Origin: Candidatus Bathyarchaeota archaeon
GTDB taxonomy: Archaea > Thermoproteota > Bathyarchaeia > Bathyarchaeales > Bathycorpusculaceae
Assembly: GCA_963777155.1 (NCBI GenBank)
Contig: CAVZPM010000013.1
Location: 1-61,161, forward strand
Length of the DNA stretch: 61,161 nucleotides
Direction of reading: 5' to 3'
Below the pieces are notes generated by a model. The model was not told the DNA's origin. It was given only the letters and a program-made list of their open reading frames with translations, and ran no database searches. Shown here in pieces: positions 10,658 to 19,505 of this stretch. Positions within the stretch are counted from its first letter, which is position 1, and every line of letters begins with the position of its first letter. A program made the position numbers and the translations under genes.

Positions 10658-11488
10658 CTAGGAGCCGTTTTTCTTGGTTGTTTCGCTCAATTTCTTTATG
10701 GCGTCTGCGATTTTTTCCAGTCTGGCTGAGAAGGGGTGGTTTGGCTGCCTGATTGAAAACAAGAACTCATGTCTACTAAACTGAATATCACAAAAGCAGG
10801 GAATACTTCCAACTACATCTGCGCCAACAACTCTCTCCAATTCACTTATCCAAGCTTTCTCGTCTTTGATCAGCATTGATTCTTCTTTTACAGTCTCACC
10901 AGGAACCTTGTTTAAGATAGCGTAGTATTTTGCACCATACCTACTGAGGGAATCATAGATGTCGATGATCATCTTGCGAGTTCCTTCAATATCCATATCG
11001 CTATCTTTTAGCAAAAGAAAGATGTAGTCAGACGTGGCTAGGGTGTTTATTGACCAATATCTGATGCCAGGGCTTGTATCCAAGAACAGGTAGTCAATTT
11101 TGAATTGATCAGCTAGTTCCTGTTTTGCTTTGATGAATCTTTTAACGGCTTCGATTTGCCATTTTGAATCGTGTTTTATATCGATCTCGTTTACGTCTTC
11201 TTTTCTGGAACTCGAAAAACCAACCATAAACTTGCCGTTTAGACCCAGCTCACTTGTTAGGTCGTAGACAACATCTGAAATCTTTGCTTGACCGCTGAGC
11301 AGATCATTAATAAAAGCATTTGGTTTTTTCTTAAAGTAAGAGCTTAGACTTGGAGCATACAAATCAAAATCAAGCAAAGCAACGTTAAACCCATTTTTTG
11401 CATACAATGCAGCCACGTTAGAGATTAAAGTAGTTTTGCCAGTACCGCCCTTGTAAGAATGAAAAGCAATTGTTTTTAGTGCTCCCAT
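10658..11488 (-). CDS. MinD/ParA family ATPase
   Basis: Deviant Walker A KGGTGKT; LLDFDLYAP, LFLDTSPG and ILNKV motifs. Confidence 0.9.
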   Translation of the reverse strand: MGALKTIAFHSYKGGTGKTTLISNVAALYAKNGFNVALLDFDLYAPSLSSYFKKKPNAFINDLLSGQAKISDVVYDLTSELGLNGKFMVGFSSSRKEDVNEIDIKHDSKWQIEAVKRFIKAKQELADQFKIDYLFLDTSPGIRYWSINTLATSDYIFLLLKDSDMDIEGTRKMIIDIYDSLSRYGAKYYAILNKVPGETVKEESMLIKDEKAWISELERVVGADVVGSIPCFCDIQFSRHEFLFSIRQPNHPFSARLEKIADAIKKLSETTKKNGS

Positions 11489-11761
11489 ATTAGATCTTTA
11501 TTATCCTAACTTTCTTTTATATTTTCTAAAATTCTTCCAATCTTATTCTTTATTATGTGCACTAATTAAGAGTAAAAAGAAAGTCTTGAGTTTGTTTCAT
11601 ATTATAGAATTGACAGTTAATTTTTTATATAACCTAATTTCAATTATGAAATAAGGAATAATTTGAATTCAAAGGTGTAAATAAGGTCAATTGTTTTTGC
11701 GCCTTCGGATTCTTTGCTGTACTTAAATAGATTTAGAAATGTGTTTATGGTGGGTTAAATA

Positions 11762-14700
11762 TTGGAGAGCAAAAAAAAGAAATATCCTGACAAAATAGAG
11801 CGAAGCGGTTTTTCTTTAACAAAATCTCAAAAAGAGTTTCTCATTCGCTTGAATCCAGTACTTCCATCAGTTTTAGTTCAAGAGTTTTTCGAAAAGCATA
11901 AACATGTTATCGAGATAAACTTCAAAAATGACGTTAAGAAATCACAGATGATAGTGGATTTCAACAAATCATCAGTCCATACAAAGTGGGTAACACGAGT
12001 CGTTGAAGATGAGAAATCAATTGACGAAATTATGCATGAGTTAGGAGTCGAAGAGGAAGTTAATTTCGTTTCACCTCTTTATTCTCGGGAAGATCTTAAG
12101 CGACCGAACGCATTCACCTTCATAGACCAATTGATTATCAGATTTCCCCAAGATACAAAAAAAGAGTATTTGCAAGAGATTTTCAAGGATTTGGGTGTAG
12201 AAGAAGTCCAAGGTCGACGTGGTGAGTTGGGGAAAGGATTGATGTTACTGCATCTAACAAATCCAAAAATACAGAATTGCTACGAAATCGCCAAAAAACT
12301 CACTAGTTTAGCTCCTTCAATCAATTACTGCGATGTCGATTGGATTCAGCTACATTCTGGTTTACATTTTATCCCTAACGACCCATTCTTTTGCAATCAA
12401 TGGAATCTGCGCAACATTGGCCAAACTATGCCTTATGGAGGCGACACTGCTACGACTGGATGCGATATCAACATTGTACCCGCATGGGATATAACACGTG
12501 GGAGTCCACTAGTAGTAATAGCAGTATGTGATACCGGTTGTGATCTTAAGCATCCAGATCTTATCGACAATTACGTTCAATCTGACCGTTGGTATAGTTC
12601 ATTAACTGGAACTAATAATCCTCAGGATAGTTTCGGCCATGGAACCTGCGTAGCTGGAGTTGCAGCAGCACGAGGAAACAATCAACAGGGAATAGCAGGC
12701 GTTAGCTTCAACTGTCGTATATTACCCATCCAGATGTATGCTCTTTACCTTACGAATGTTGCTGGCATCCCCTTTCTTGATTTTAATCATGAATCTCAAT
12801 CAGAGACTGTGAATGCGCTCAACCAAGCATTGAATAATCATGTCAAAATAATTAACATTAGTTGGGGGTGGGACCTGGAAGACGACGATGTTATCAAATC
12901 AAAACTTGAGGAGTGCTACCAGCATAAGATAGTTATTATTGCTTCAACTGGCGATAATAATCAAGAAGGGATCGCTTTTCCAGCATCACATAAGAATGTT
13001 ATTGCAGTCGGGGCAAGTGATCAAAATGACAATAGATGGTTAGGTAGCAATTTTGGGAAGGAGTTGAGTGTTGTTGCCCCTGGTCAATATTTATGGTCTA
13101 CGGACATTAGGGGGTTGAAAACTACTAATGATGCGGGCAACCCGGTTTTTTATAAGAATGGTTTCAATGACTCAATGGGAGGGGGTGATTGTGCAGGTGA
13201 TTATTTTGATGGTTTCGGAGGTACTTCAGGAGCGGTACCACATGTAGCTGGTTTGGCAGCTTTGATTCTATCCTACAATCCTACTCTTTCCCCAGCAGAT
13301 GTACGTAAAATAATAGAGGATAATGCTAAGGATCTTATGCCAGCGAGCAATATTCCAGGTTCAAAATGGGATAAGTACACAGGTTTTGGTCGAATAGATG
13401 CTGGAAAGACTATGCAAGATGTTGTGACAAACCATCCATTTCCACCACCTAATTCTGTTGCTGATGTTTACATTAGGGATTCGTTGACCGATGATGGTAC
13501 TCAGCCGTATGTTGATGATCCATTATGTTTCAGCCCCGACATTATTGTAAGAAAGGCACGGGTTTTAAATCCTCAGACAGATTTTGCCAACATCAGCGTC
13601 GATCCAGGAAGTGATAATGTAGAAATTGGCAATGACAATTACATATACCTCAGGGTGCATAACAAAGGGACTTTCAGCTCTGATATACATGCCAGAGTAT
13701 ATTATGCGCCTCTTTCCACAACGTGTTCCCCAGACAAATGGAAGATAATAGGACAGATTGATTTTTATAATGTCCCCGCATCCGGTTACCAAGTGTCCGA
13801 TGCTCTTATTTGGGAGAAAGTCCCTGATCCTTGTTCAGTTGGTCATTTTTGTATAATTGCTTCGATCGAAGGGTTTGGCGACCCACATCCTGACCCAGAA
13901 GCGATAAATACATCTAGTTACGCAGATTTTATCCGTAAACACAATAATATTAGTTACCGTAATGTCGTATTCGAAAATGCACTTCCAGACACTGTTATAC
14001 CGGTTAATTTCATAATTGGAGCCTTTTTAGGCATCAAAGAATTCGATCTGAGGATAAGAATGAAAAATCCAAAGAGAGCAGATATTCATTTGAATATTCC
14101 GAACTATGTTTATAGCAAATATACGAGTCTGGAAAACATCTCTAGAACCGAAGGCGCCTCAAAATATTTTTTGAGGCACAGGGTTGAGGAAGGAGAGAAT
14201 GCGCTAATAAAAGGATTTGTTATGCCTCAGAGTATTTCTGATCTAGCAAGACTTGAAATTAGAATCCCTAGTGATGCAGAACAAGATGAATTATACGAAA
14301 TAGCTATTGAACAGATATTTGAGGGTAAAGTAGTTGGAGATTTCACTGTAAAAACTAGAATTGTTGATCCTAAAAGAACGATGTTTATTGCAGTTCGAGA
14401 TAGTCGCTTCGTTCATAGAGCAAATTGCGAACATTTACCTAAAACGAATCATAATCTATGGATACCTTTCGGTACGCTAACGGATGCTCGAGCATCAGGC
14501 TATGATTTAGCACTTGATTGTTTAAATCAAGAATTTAGAGCTGTTGATGTGTCTTGGAGGCTGTCAAAGAAAGTCTTGAATTTCATAAACAACATTAACA
14601 GCGCAGAAGAATTGAATCAGACCGTGAAAGAAGCACTAAGAGGTTTAGTTACTCATAACGGCGAATTGATGACTCAAGGCAAATTCGAAATAGATATTGA

Positions 14701-14830
14701 TATTGCCAAGAAAATTTTGGAAGCTAGAGATAAAATTTGCAGATTTGAAAACATAACCCAGATAGAACAAATCGATGGAGTTGGAATCGACAAATTCATT
14801 GCTCTGGTTAATGCCGTTAAAGTAAAGTGA
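11762..14830 (+). CDS. Multidomain S8 (subtilisin-like) serine peptidase with C-terminal Ada-like metal-binding and helix-hairpin-helix segments
   Basis: Triad AVCDTG / GHGTCVAG / GGTSGAVPHVAG; DVYIRD...SPDI Ig-like domain; VHRANC...GYDLALDC; QIEQIDGVGIDKF; no hydrophobic signal peptide. Confidence 0.9.
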   Translation: MESKKKKYPDKIERSGFSLTKSQKEFLIRLNPVLPSVLVQEFFEKHKHVIEINFKNDVKKSQMIVDFNKSSVHTKWVTRVVEDEKSIDEIMHELGVEEEVNFVSPLYSREDLKRPNAFTFIDQLIIRFPQDTKKEYLQEIFKDLGVEEVQGRRGELGKGLMLLHLTNPKIQNCYEIAKKLTSLAPSINYCDVDWIQLHSGLHFIPNDPFFCNQWNLRNIGQTMPYGGDTATTGCDINIVPAWDITRGSPLVVIAVCDTGCDLKHPDLIDNYVQSDRWYSSLTGTNNPQDSFGHGTCVAGVAAARGNNQQGIAGVSFNCRILPIQMYALYLTNVAGIPFLDFNHESQSETVNALNQALNNHVKIINISWGWDLEDDDVIKSKLEECYQHKIVIIASTGDNNQEGIAFPASHKNVIAVGASDQNDNRWLGSNFGKELSVVAPGQYLWSTDIRGLKTTNDAGNPVFYKNGFNDSMGGGDCAGDYFDGFGGTSGAVPHVAGLAALILSYNPTLSPADVRKIIEDNAKDLMPASNIPGSKWDKYTGFGRIDAGKTMQDVVTNHPFPPPNSVADVYIRDSLTDDGTQPYVDDPLCFSPDIIVRKARVLNPQTDFANISVDPGSDNVEIGNDNYIYLRVHNKGTFSSDIHARVYYAPLSTTCSPDKWKIIGQIDFYNVPASGYQVSDALIWEKVPDPCSVGHFCIIASIEGFGDPHPDPEAINTSSYADFIRKHNNISYRNVVFENALPDTVIPVNFIIGAFLGIKEFDLRIRMKNPKRADIHLNIPNYVYSKYTSLENISRTEGASKYFLRHRVEEGENALIKGFVMPQSISDLARLEIRIPSDAEQDELYEIAIEQIFEGKVVGDFTVKTRIVDPKRTMFIAVRDSRFVHRANCEHLPKTNHNLWIPFGTLTDARASGYDLALDCLNQEFRAVDVSWRLSKKVLNFINNINSAEELNQTVKEALRGLVTHNGELMTQGKFEIDIDIAKKILEARDKICRFENITQIEQIDGVGIDKFIALVNAVKVK

Positions 14831-15056
14831 AGTTCAAAGGTTAATGTATATATTCTAAAAGCAAGTGAGTCTATACAATTCTCCTAAATATCAAGGGTGT
14901 CATTATTGTCTTTTCTTAAATCTATCAAGTATGAGTGGTTTTTTTGATATTTTATTAAAAGGTTCAATATAATTATCTGCTTTTTCCGATTATAATAATT
15001 AACAAATTTAAAATACTAATTCTGATTATAATTATAGTGCCAAATTTCAAAGGAGA

Positions 15057-15293
15057 ATGTGTGTAATGGACGAAAAGGTTAAGGAAATATCTGAAAGGAT
15101 CTACCGACGATCGGAATATATGAATTGCCTAATTGCACATAGAGAAAAAGCGGTGAAAGCTATACTTGAAAGAGACCTTTGTGCCCTCTGGGAGATCTTT
15201 GATGAATGCAAGGTTCCCTGTAGAGATCGATGGGATATCGTAGAATTCATAATGGAAAAAGCAAAAGATCCACGTGGACCTCACTTCTGGTAG
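15057..15293 (+). CDS. Small Cys-containing peptide ending in Trp; candidate prenylated-peptide precursor
   Basis: Own AT-rich promoter region (tttaaaa near 15007) and AGGAGA RBS at 15051-15056 that favours ATG 15066 (75 aa); ends KDPRGPHFW-stop. Confidence 0.7.
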   Translation: MCVMDEKVKEISERIYRRSEYMNCLIAHREKAVKAILERDLCALWEIFDECKVPCRDRWDIVEFIMEKAKDPRGPHFW

Positions 15294-16306
15294 GGAAACA
15301 TGTCTTTTCGGATGCTTTGAATTTCAGTTAATGATTGATTAATCATTAACTCCAATTCTTTTTTTGCTGGAGTTGAACCAAGTTCAGATATTCTATTTAG
15401 CGCTTTTTTGGTATTAGCCTCAACAGTATTATACACATATTCGTAGGCGCCGGTTTCAAATCCATAATAAATTAGCTTCACGGCGTCTTCACGTGTTATT
15501 TTGGATTTGTTTATTATGCTTTTGATTTCTGCAAAGGCTTGTTTTGAGGCTTTGGCTGAATAAATGATTGTTAGAGGTAAACTTTCATATTTTACTCGAT
15601 GAATAAGATTATTTTCCAAATTGAAGGAATCTTGCAGTTCTTCGCGTAAAAAAATATTGAAGGCAAACATTCTAGCAAAGTCCGTTAAAGCCTCGATTTC
15701 GTCTGGGGTTCCATTTCCTAAAATGGAGCCAATACACGCGCAAGCTCCAGCGTCAGAGGTAAACTTCCAAAGATACTGCAGTTGATAGTCTATGTCAACA
15801 TCGAGGTTCTTTCTGCAATACACTTCCATAAACTCACCCTCATATATTTCAAAGATGAACTCTTTGAGTGTTTTGATTATCGCGCAGTATTTATTTTGGG
15901 AGATTTTGTTGTTGAAGACTTCAATACCAGTTAATAACCCTTTTAGGAGAAGTAAATCCCCTGCAAGTAGCGCTTTATCTAGTCCCTTTTCTCCAAAGAC
16001 TGTATTCTGTTTGTTGTAGTGTTTGTTGACTGATCTATCTATAATGTCATCATGGATCGCCATTCCGGCTACTAGCAAACTCATCACTACGCCCGCTTCT
16101 TCTATTGTGTCTGGGTCCCCTCCAACAGCTTCGCACGCCAGAGAAATTAGGGCTGGCCTGTGGGGTTCTTTCCAATAAGCCTTTACAAAGGACATAATTG
16201 AGAGTAGTTCTGAGTTATTGAGTCCGGATGAAGTCTGTTCTCCAAATTTTTTTAGAATTCTCTCAACTATTGCTTTTTGGGAAAGAGAGCTGTCCTTTGT
16301 TAGCAT
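15281..16306 (-). CDS. Polyprenyl synthetase-fold (class I isoprenoid) enzyme with degenerate second Asp-rich motif
   Basis: First motif IHDDIID, ALLAGDLLL and GEFME present; second motif reads IFLREELQD. Confidence 0.85.
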   Translation of the reverse strand: MLTKDSSLSQKAIVERILKKFGEQTSSGLNNSELLSIMSFVKAYWKEPHRPALISLACEAVGGDPDTIEEAGVVMSLLVAGMAIHDDIIDRSVNKHYNKQNTVFGEKGLDKALLAGDLLLLKGLLTGIEVFNNKISQNKYCAIIKTLKEFIFEIYEGEFMEVYCRKNLDVDIDYQLQYLWKFTSDAGACACIGSILGNGTPDEIEALTDFARMFAFNIFLREELQDSFNLENNLIHRVKYESLPLTIIYSAKASKQAFAEIKSIINKSKITREDAVKLIYYGFETGAYEYVYNTVEANTKKALNRISELGSTPAKKELELMINQSLTEIQSIRKDMFPYQK

Positions 16307-16370
16307 TTCAAATTAACCTGCTTCTATATTTATTGCAGGTACTTAATTTGAATTTTTTTGCCAATCAAAG

Positions 16371-16883
16371 TTGATGATCAGGAGGCGTCAAGTGGTATTA
16401 CCACAAGTTATAAAAGCCAAAACATTGAAATCACAAATTGTACCATTTGATTCCAAAAGAAGGTTGAATAGAATTACAGATTTAAGTAGTGGCAAGGTTA
16501 AGCTGGCAATACTCTGGTTTTTTGTAGTGGTTACTAACTTGGCAATTGTAACGCTTACCTTTGTAGCCCCGGGGGTAATTGATGACATAAGAGGAGGCCA
16601 TGTGTTAGGCGCTCAAATTACACCAGATTTATTGTTATTGATCGCTTTGACTTATTTTTTGGTTCCAGCAGTTCTAGCTGTCTCATCAATTTTGTTGAAG
16701 GATTCTATTAACCGCTGGATCAATTTGGCAGGGGGCATCCTTTACGTTGTTTTTGTGCTCAATGAATTGGTTTCTAATATCATAAAAATGTCATATATCT
16801 TTGGGATGTTTCTGCAGGCATCGACAATTTTCGTTCTCGTCTTGATTATTTGGTATTCATGGAACTTGACTGGAAAGCCATAG
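16371..16883 (+). CDS. Four-TM membrane protein, DUF6326-like (true start probably downstream)
   Basis: KVKLAILW...APGVIDDIRGG...INRWINL pattern, four hydrophobic helices. Confidence 0.6.
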   Translation: MMIRRRQVVLPQVIKAKTLKSQIVPFDSKRRLNRITDLSSGKVKLAILWFFVVVTNLAIVTLTFVAPGVIDDIRGGHVLGAQITPDLLLLIALTYFLVPAVLAVSSILLKDSINRWINLAGGILYVVFVLNELVSNIIKMSYIFGMFLQASTIFVLVLIIWYSWNLTGKP

Positions 16884-17050
16884 AAATCATAAACCCTCGG
16901 CTGTTCATCGAATTGGATGATCAAGCTTAGTTTTTGTTTCTATAGAAAATATTGACTCCGTTTTAGTTCTAACTGTAAAAACAAGCTATAGCAAGACTTT
17001 TATGTATTCTCTATGCAATTCTAATTTGGAGAAATCTGTGAACCATCATC

Positions 17051-18274
17051 TTGGGATCCACTATGAGAGGTAATCACAGTTATAGAAGTATAATTGCATC
17101 TGCACTCTTATTCTCTACAACTCTATCTTGGTTTTTCATTTTCAATAGCTATCTATTAAACTCGATGCTCCAGAATTCAGGCGAAGGCACGTTTTTTACT
17201 TCCTTGGGCAATTTGCTTTTCTATAGTTTTGCAGTTGTCTTTGGAATAATTGGCAGTATCCTCTCTGAACGAGTAGAGAGAACGAAATTCCTTAGGTTGT
17301 GGGCAGCTTTCGGATTCTTTACCACAATAGTCATAGTAGTTTTTCAAGGACCCTATTTTGCCTTATTCCTGAGTGCACTCTTGGGAATTTCGTTTGGATT
17401 AGGTTTTCCAACTGTCCAAGCCTTCTTTACGGAAGCTACAACGTATGAATCGAGGGGTAAGGTTGCTGGAATCACTGCGATCTTGACTCTTACAATCGCT
17501 GTTGTTGTTTTGTTGCTGATTACTTTCTTGCAGCTTACAATTGTTAGTATAGTCTTGATTTGTGCTTGTCTTAAGGCTGCTAGTTTTCCTGCTTTGGCTA
17601 AACATATAAACAAAGAAGAGGGCTTGAGGATGGCTTGGAAGCCAGTTTTATTTTCTCCAGATTTTATTTCTTATGCGACTCCTTGGCTGATATTTAACCT
17701 TGCTAACGGACTTGGCTTCTTTGCAAGATTTCCTGAAGAGATTCAATCCGTTGCGTCACTTGGGCCAGTACTTGAGTTTCTGGCGGCTATTTTTGCAGCT
17801 GTCGTTGGTGGGATTCTTGCCGACCGTAATGGACGAAAGCAACCATTGATTTTTGGTCTTATTGTTTTGGGAACGGGTTATGCGTTTTTCGGAGTTTTAT
17901 CCTCAGCAGAAACCTATCTTATCTACTCTCTTGTTGATGGTGCAGCTTGGGGTTTACTCGTCGTTACTTACATGCAAGTAATCTTGGGAGATCTATCTTC
18001 ACGTTCAGGTGTACTCAAAGAACGTTTCTTTGCTCTTGGGGGTATTATGATACCTTTCCTTACACGTTCAATCTTTCAGGCAATTCAAGCAATAACAGGA
18101 CTAACTATTGCTGCAAACTATCTCTATACAATATTATGTTTTCTGATTTTCGTATCTATTATTCCGGTTTGGCGAGCTGCAGAGACTTTACCGGATTCAA
18201 TAACTAGAGAGAGAAAAATGCGCGAACACATCGATAAGGTTGGAAAACTTGTCGATGAATCAAAGAAAAAATAA
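17051..18274 (+). CDS. MFS transporter
   Basis: About 12 TM helices; GSILSERVERTK and GILADRNGRKQ MFS motif A. Confidence 0.85.
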   Translation: MGSTMRGNHSYRSIIASALLFSTTLSWFFIFNSYLLNSMLQNSGEGTFFTSLGNLLFYSFAVVFGIIGSILSERVERTKFLRLWAAFGFFTTIVIVVFQGPYFALFLSALLGISFGLGFPTVQAFFTEATTYESRGKVAGITAILTLTIAVVVLLLITFLQLTIVSIVLICACLKAASFPALAKHINKEEGLRMAWKPVLFSPDFISYATPWLIFNLANGLGFFARFPEEIQSVASLGPVLEFLAAIFAAVVGGILADRNGRKQPLIFGLIVLGTGYAFFGVLSSAETYLIYSLVDGAAWGLLVVTYMQVILGDLSSRSGVLKERFFALGGIMIPFLTRSIFQAIQAITGLTIAANYLYTILCFLIFVSIIPVWRAAETLPDSITRERKMREHIDKVGKLVDESKKK

Positions 18275-18598
18275 GTGATTTTCAACTTACAAAAATGGCA
18301 GAATTAATGTAAACGATATTTACTTCATCTTGGCTTTTCAAAAATTTTCGAAGATGCTTTCCGCATATCTGAGAGTAGCTCTCGATCATCGACTGAGTTG
18401 ATTTTGGAAAGAAGAAAAGGAGAGTTTTGAAAGAGATATCCCCCAATTGAAATGGATGCAACACCCATCCCCCAGCAAATGTCAGAATAGGTTTTTGAGT
18501 GATAGATCAATTTCTAGTCAACAAGTAGTTCCATTACATAAACCAGAAAATTGATAAATGACTAATGCTTTTGTCATAGCGTTATAGGTGAAAATTGA

Positions 18599-19024
18599 AT
18601 GGCAAGTAATGTCGTCGTAAAAGACATCATGCAAAAAGACGTTAAAGTCGTAAACAACAACACTGTTATGCAAGAAGTAGTTGCAATAATGAACAAATTC
18701 GACAAAGACGCAATCCTTGTTGTCCAAAGCGGAAAACCAACCGGAATCATAACCGTCAAAGATGTCCTAATCAGAGCAGTTGAAGCTAACGTACCACTCA
18801 AAACTGTCATTGCAAGAATGGTCTACACAAACCCACTCGTAGTCATTGACGAAAACGCAACCGTTGAAGAAGCAGCAAAACTCATGAAGCACTGGAACAT
18901 AAAGCACTTACCAGTTGTCGACAAGGCAGGCGCCCTAGTAGGCATGATAAATGACAGAGACGTAACCTTCTCATGTCCAAAACTCATGTCTATAATGCAA
19001 GAGCTCTACTGCAAAAAACAATAA
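18599..19024 (+). CDS. CBS-pair domain protein
   Basis: VKDIM, GIITVKDVL and IKHLPVVD motifs. Confidence 0.9.
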   Translation: MASNVVVKDIMQKDVKVVNNNTVMQEVVAIMNKFDKDAILVVQSGKPTGIITVKDVLIRAVEANVPLKTVIARMVYTNPLVVIDENATVEEAAKLMKHWNIKHLPVVDKAGALVGMINDRDVTFSCPKLMSIMQELYCKKQ

Positions 19025-19133
19025 ACCCTCTACTTCTAATTTTTATTTTTAACCCTATTTTCTCAAAACAGTTCAATTCACAATAGACCATTCTGCGCAC
19101 AAAAACTAAAAACAAGAAAAAGATGAAATATGA

Positions 19134-19430
19134 TTATGGCTTGGTTTCTTTAGCCCAAGCTTCTTTTGCCAATTTGGCGAGGTTTTCGGTGTTTGGCTGA
19201 GCATTCAAATCTGCCAAAACATTGTTGATTTCGTTTCTGACAAGCAATGCGATTTCATTGATTCGTAGTGGTTCAGGTCTTGTTGATTGATATACCCTGA
19301 GAGCACGGAGAACAAATCGAACGACAACACTGTTGAGTTCACTTTGTAATTCGGTAAGTTCATCCTTACTTTCGGTCATTTTTTTGCTATAAGCGACTGA
19401 ATCTCTTTTTCCAGTTGGTTCCATTTTCAA
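19134..19430 (-). CDS. Hypothetical helical protein
   Basis: 98 aa ORF with coherent amphipathic composition, downstream of pyrG. Confidence 0.6.
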   Translation of the reverse strand: MKMEPTGKRDSVAYSKKMTESKDELTELQSELNSVVVRFVLRALRVYQSTRPEPLRINEIALLVRNEINNVLADLNAQPNTENLAKLAKEAWAKETKP

Positions 19431-19505
19431 TCGGTCCTTTAAGCAGAAATGTCAACGGCGCATTATAGCCTTTTCTAGTAAACATCGCTTGCAACAAAAA
19501 AGAGG

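Noticed and set aside
15281-16306. Ordinary geranylgeranyl diphosphate synthase (idsA)
   Set aside because: GKR, RRG and the second DDxxD motif are missing, so the canonical call is not supported
18282-18560. Minus-strand fragment DICWGMGVASISIGGYLFQN faintly like the HemN C-terminal region
   Set aside because: Very short, preceded by an in-frame stop, no radical SAM motif; similarity too weak to support
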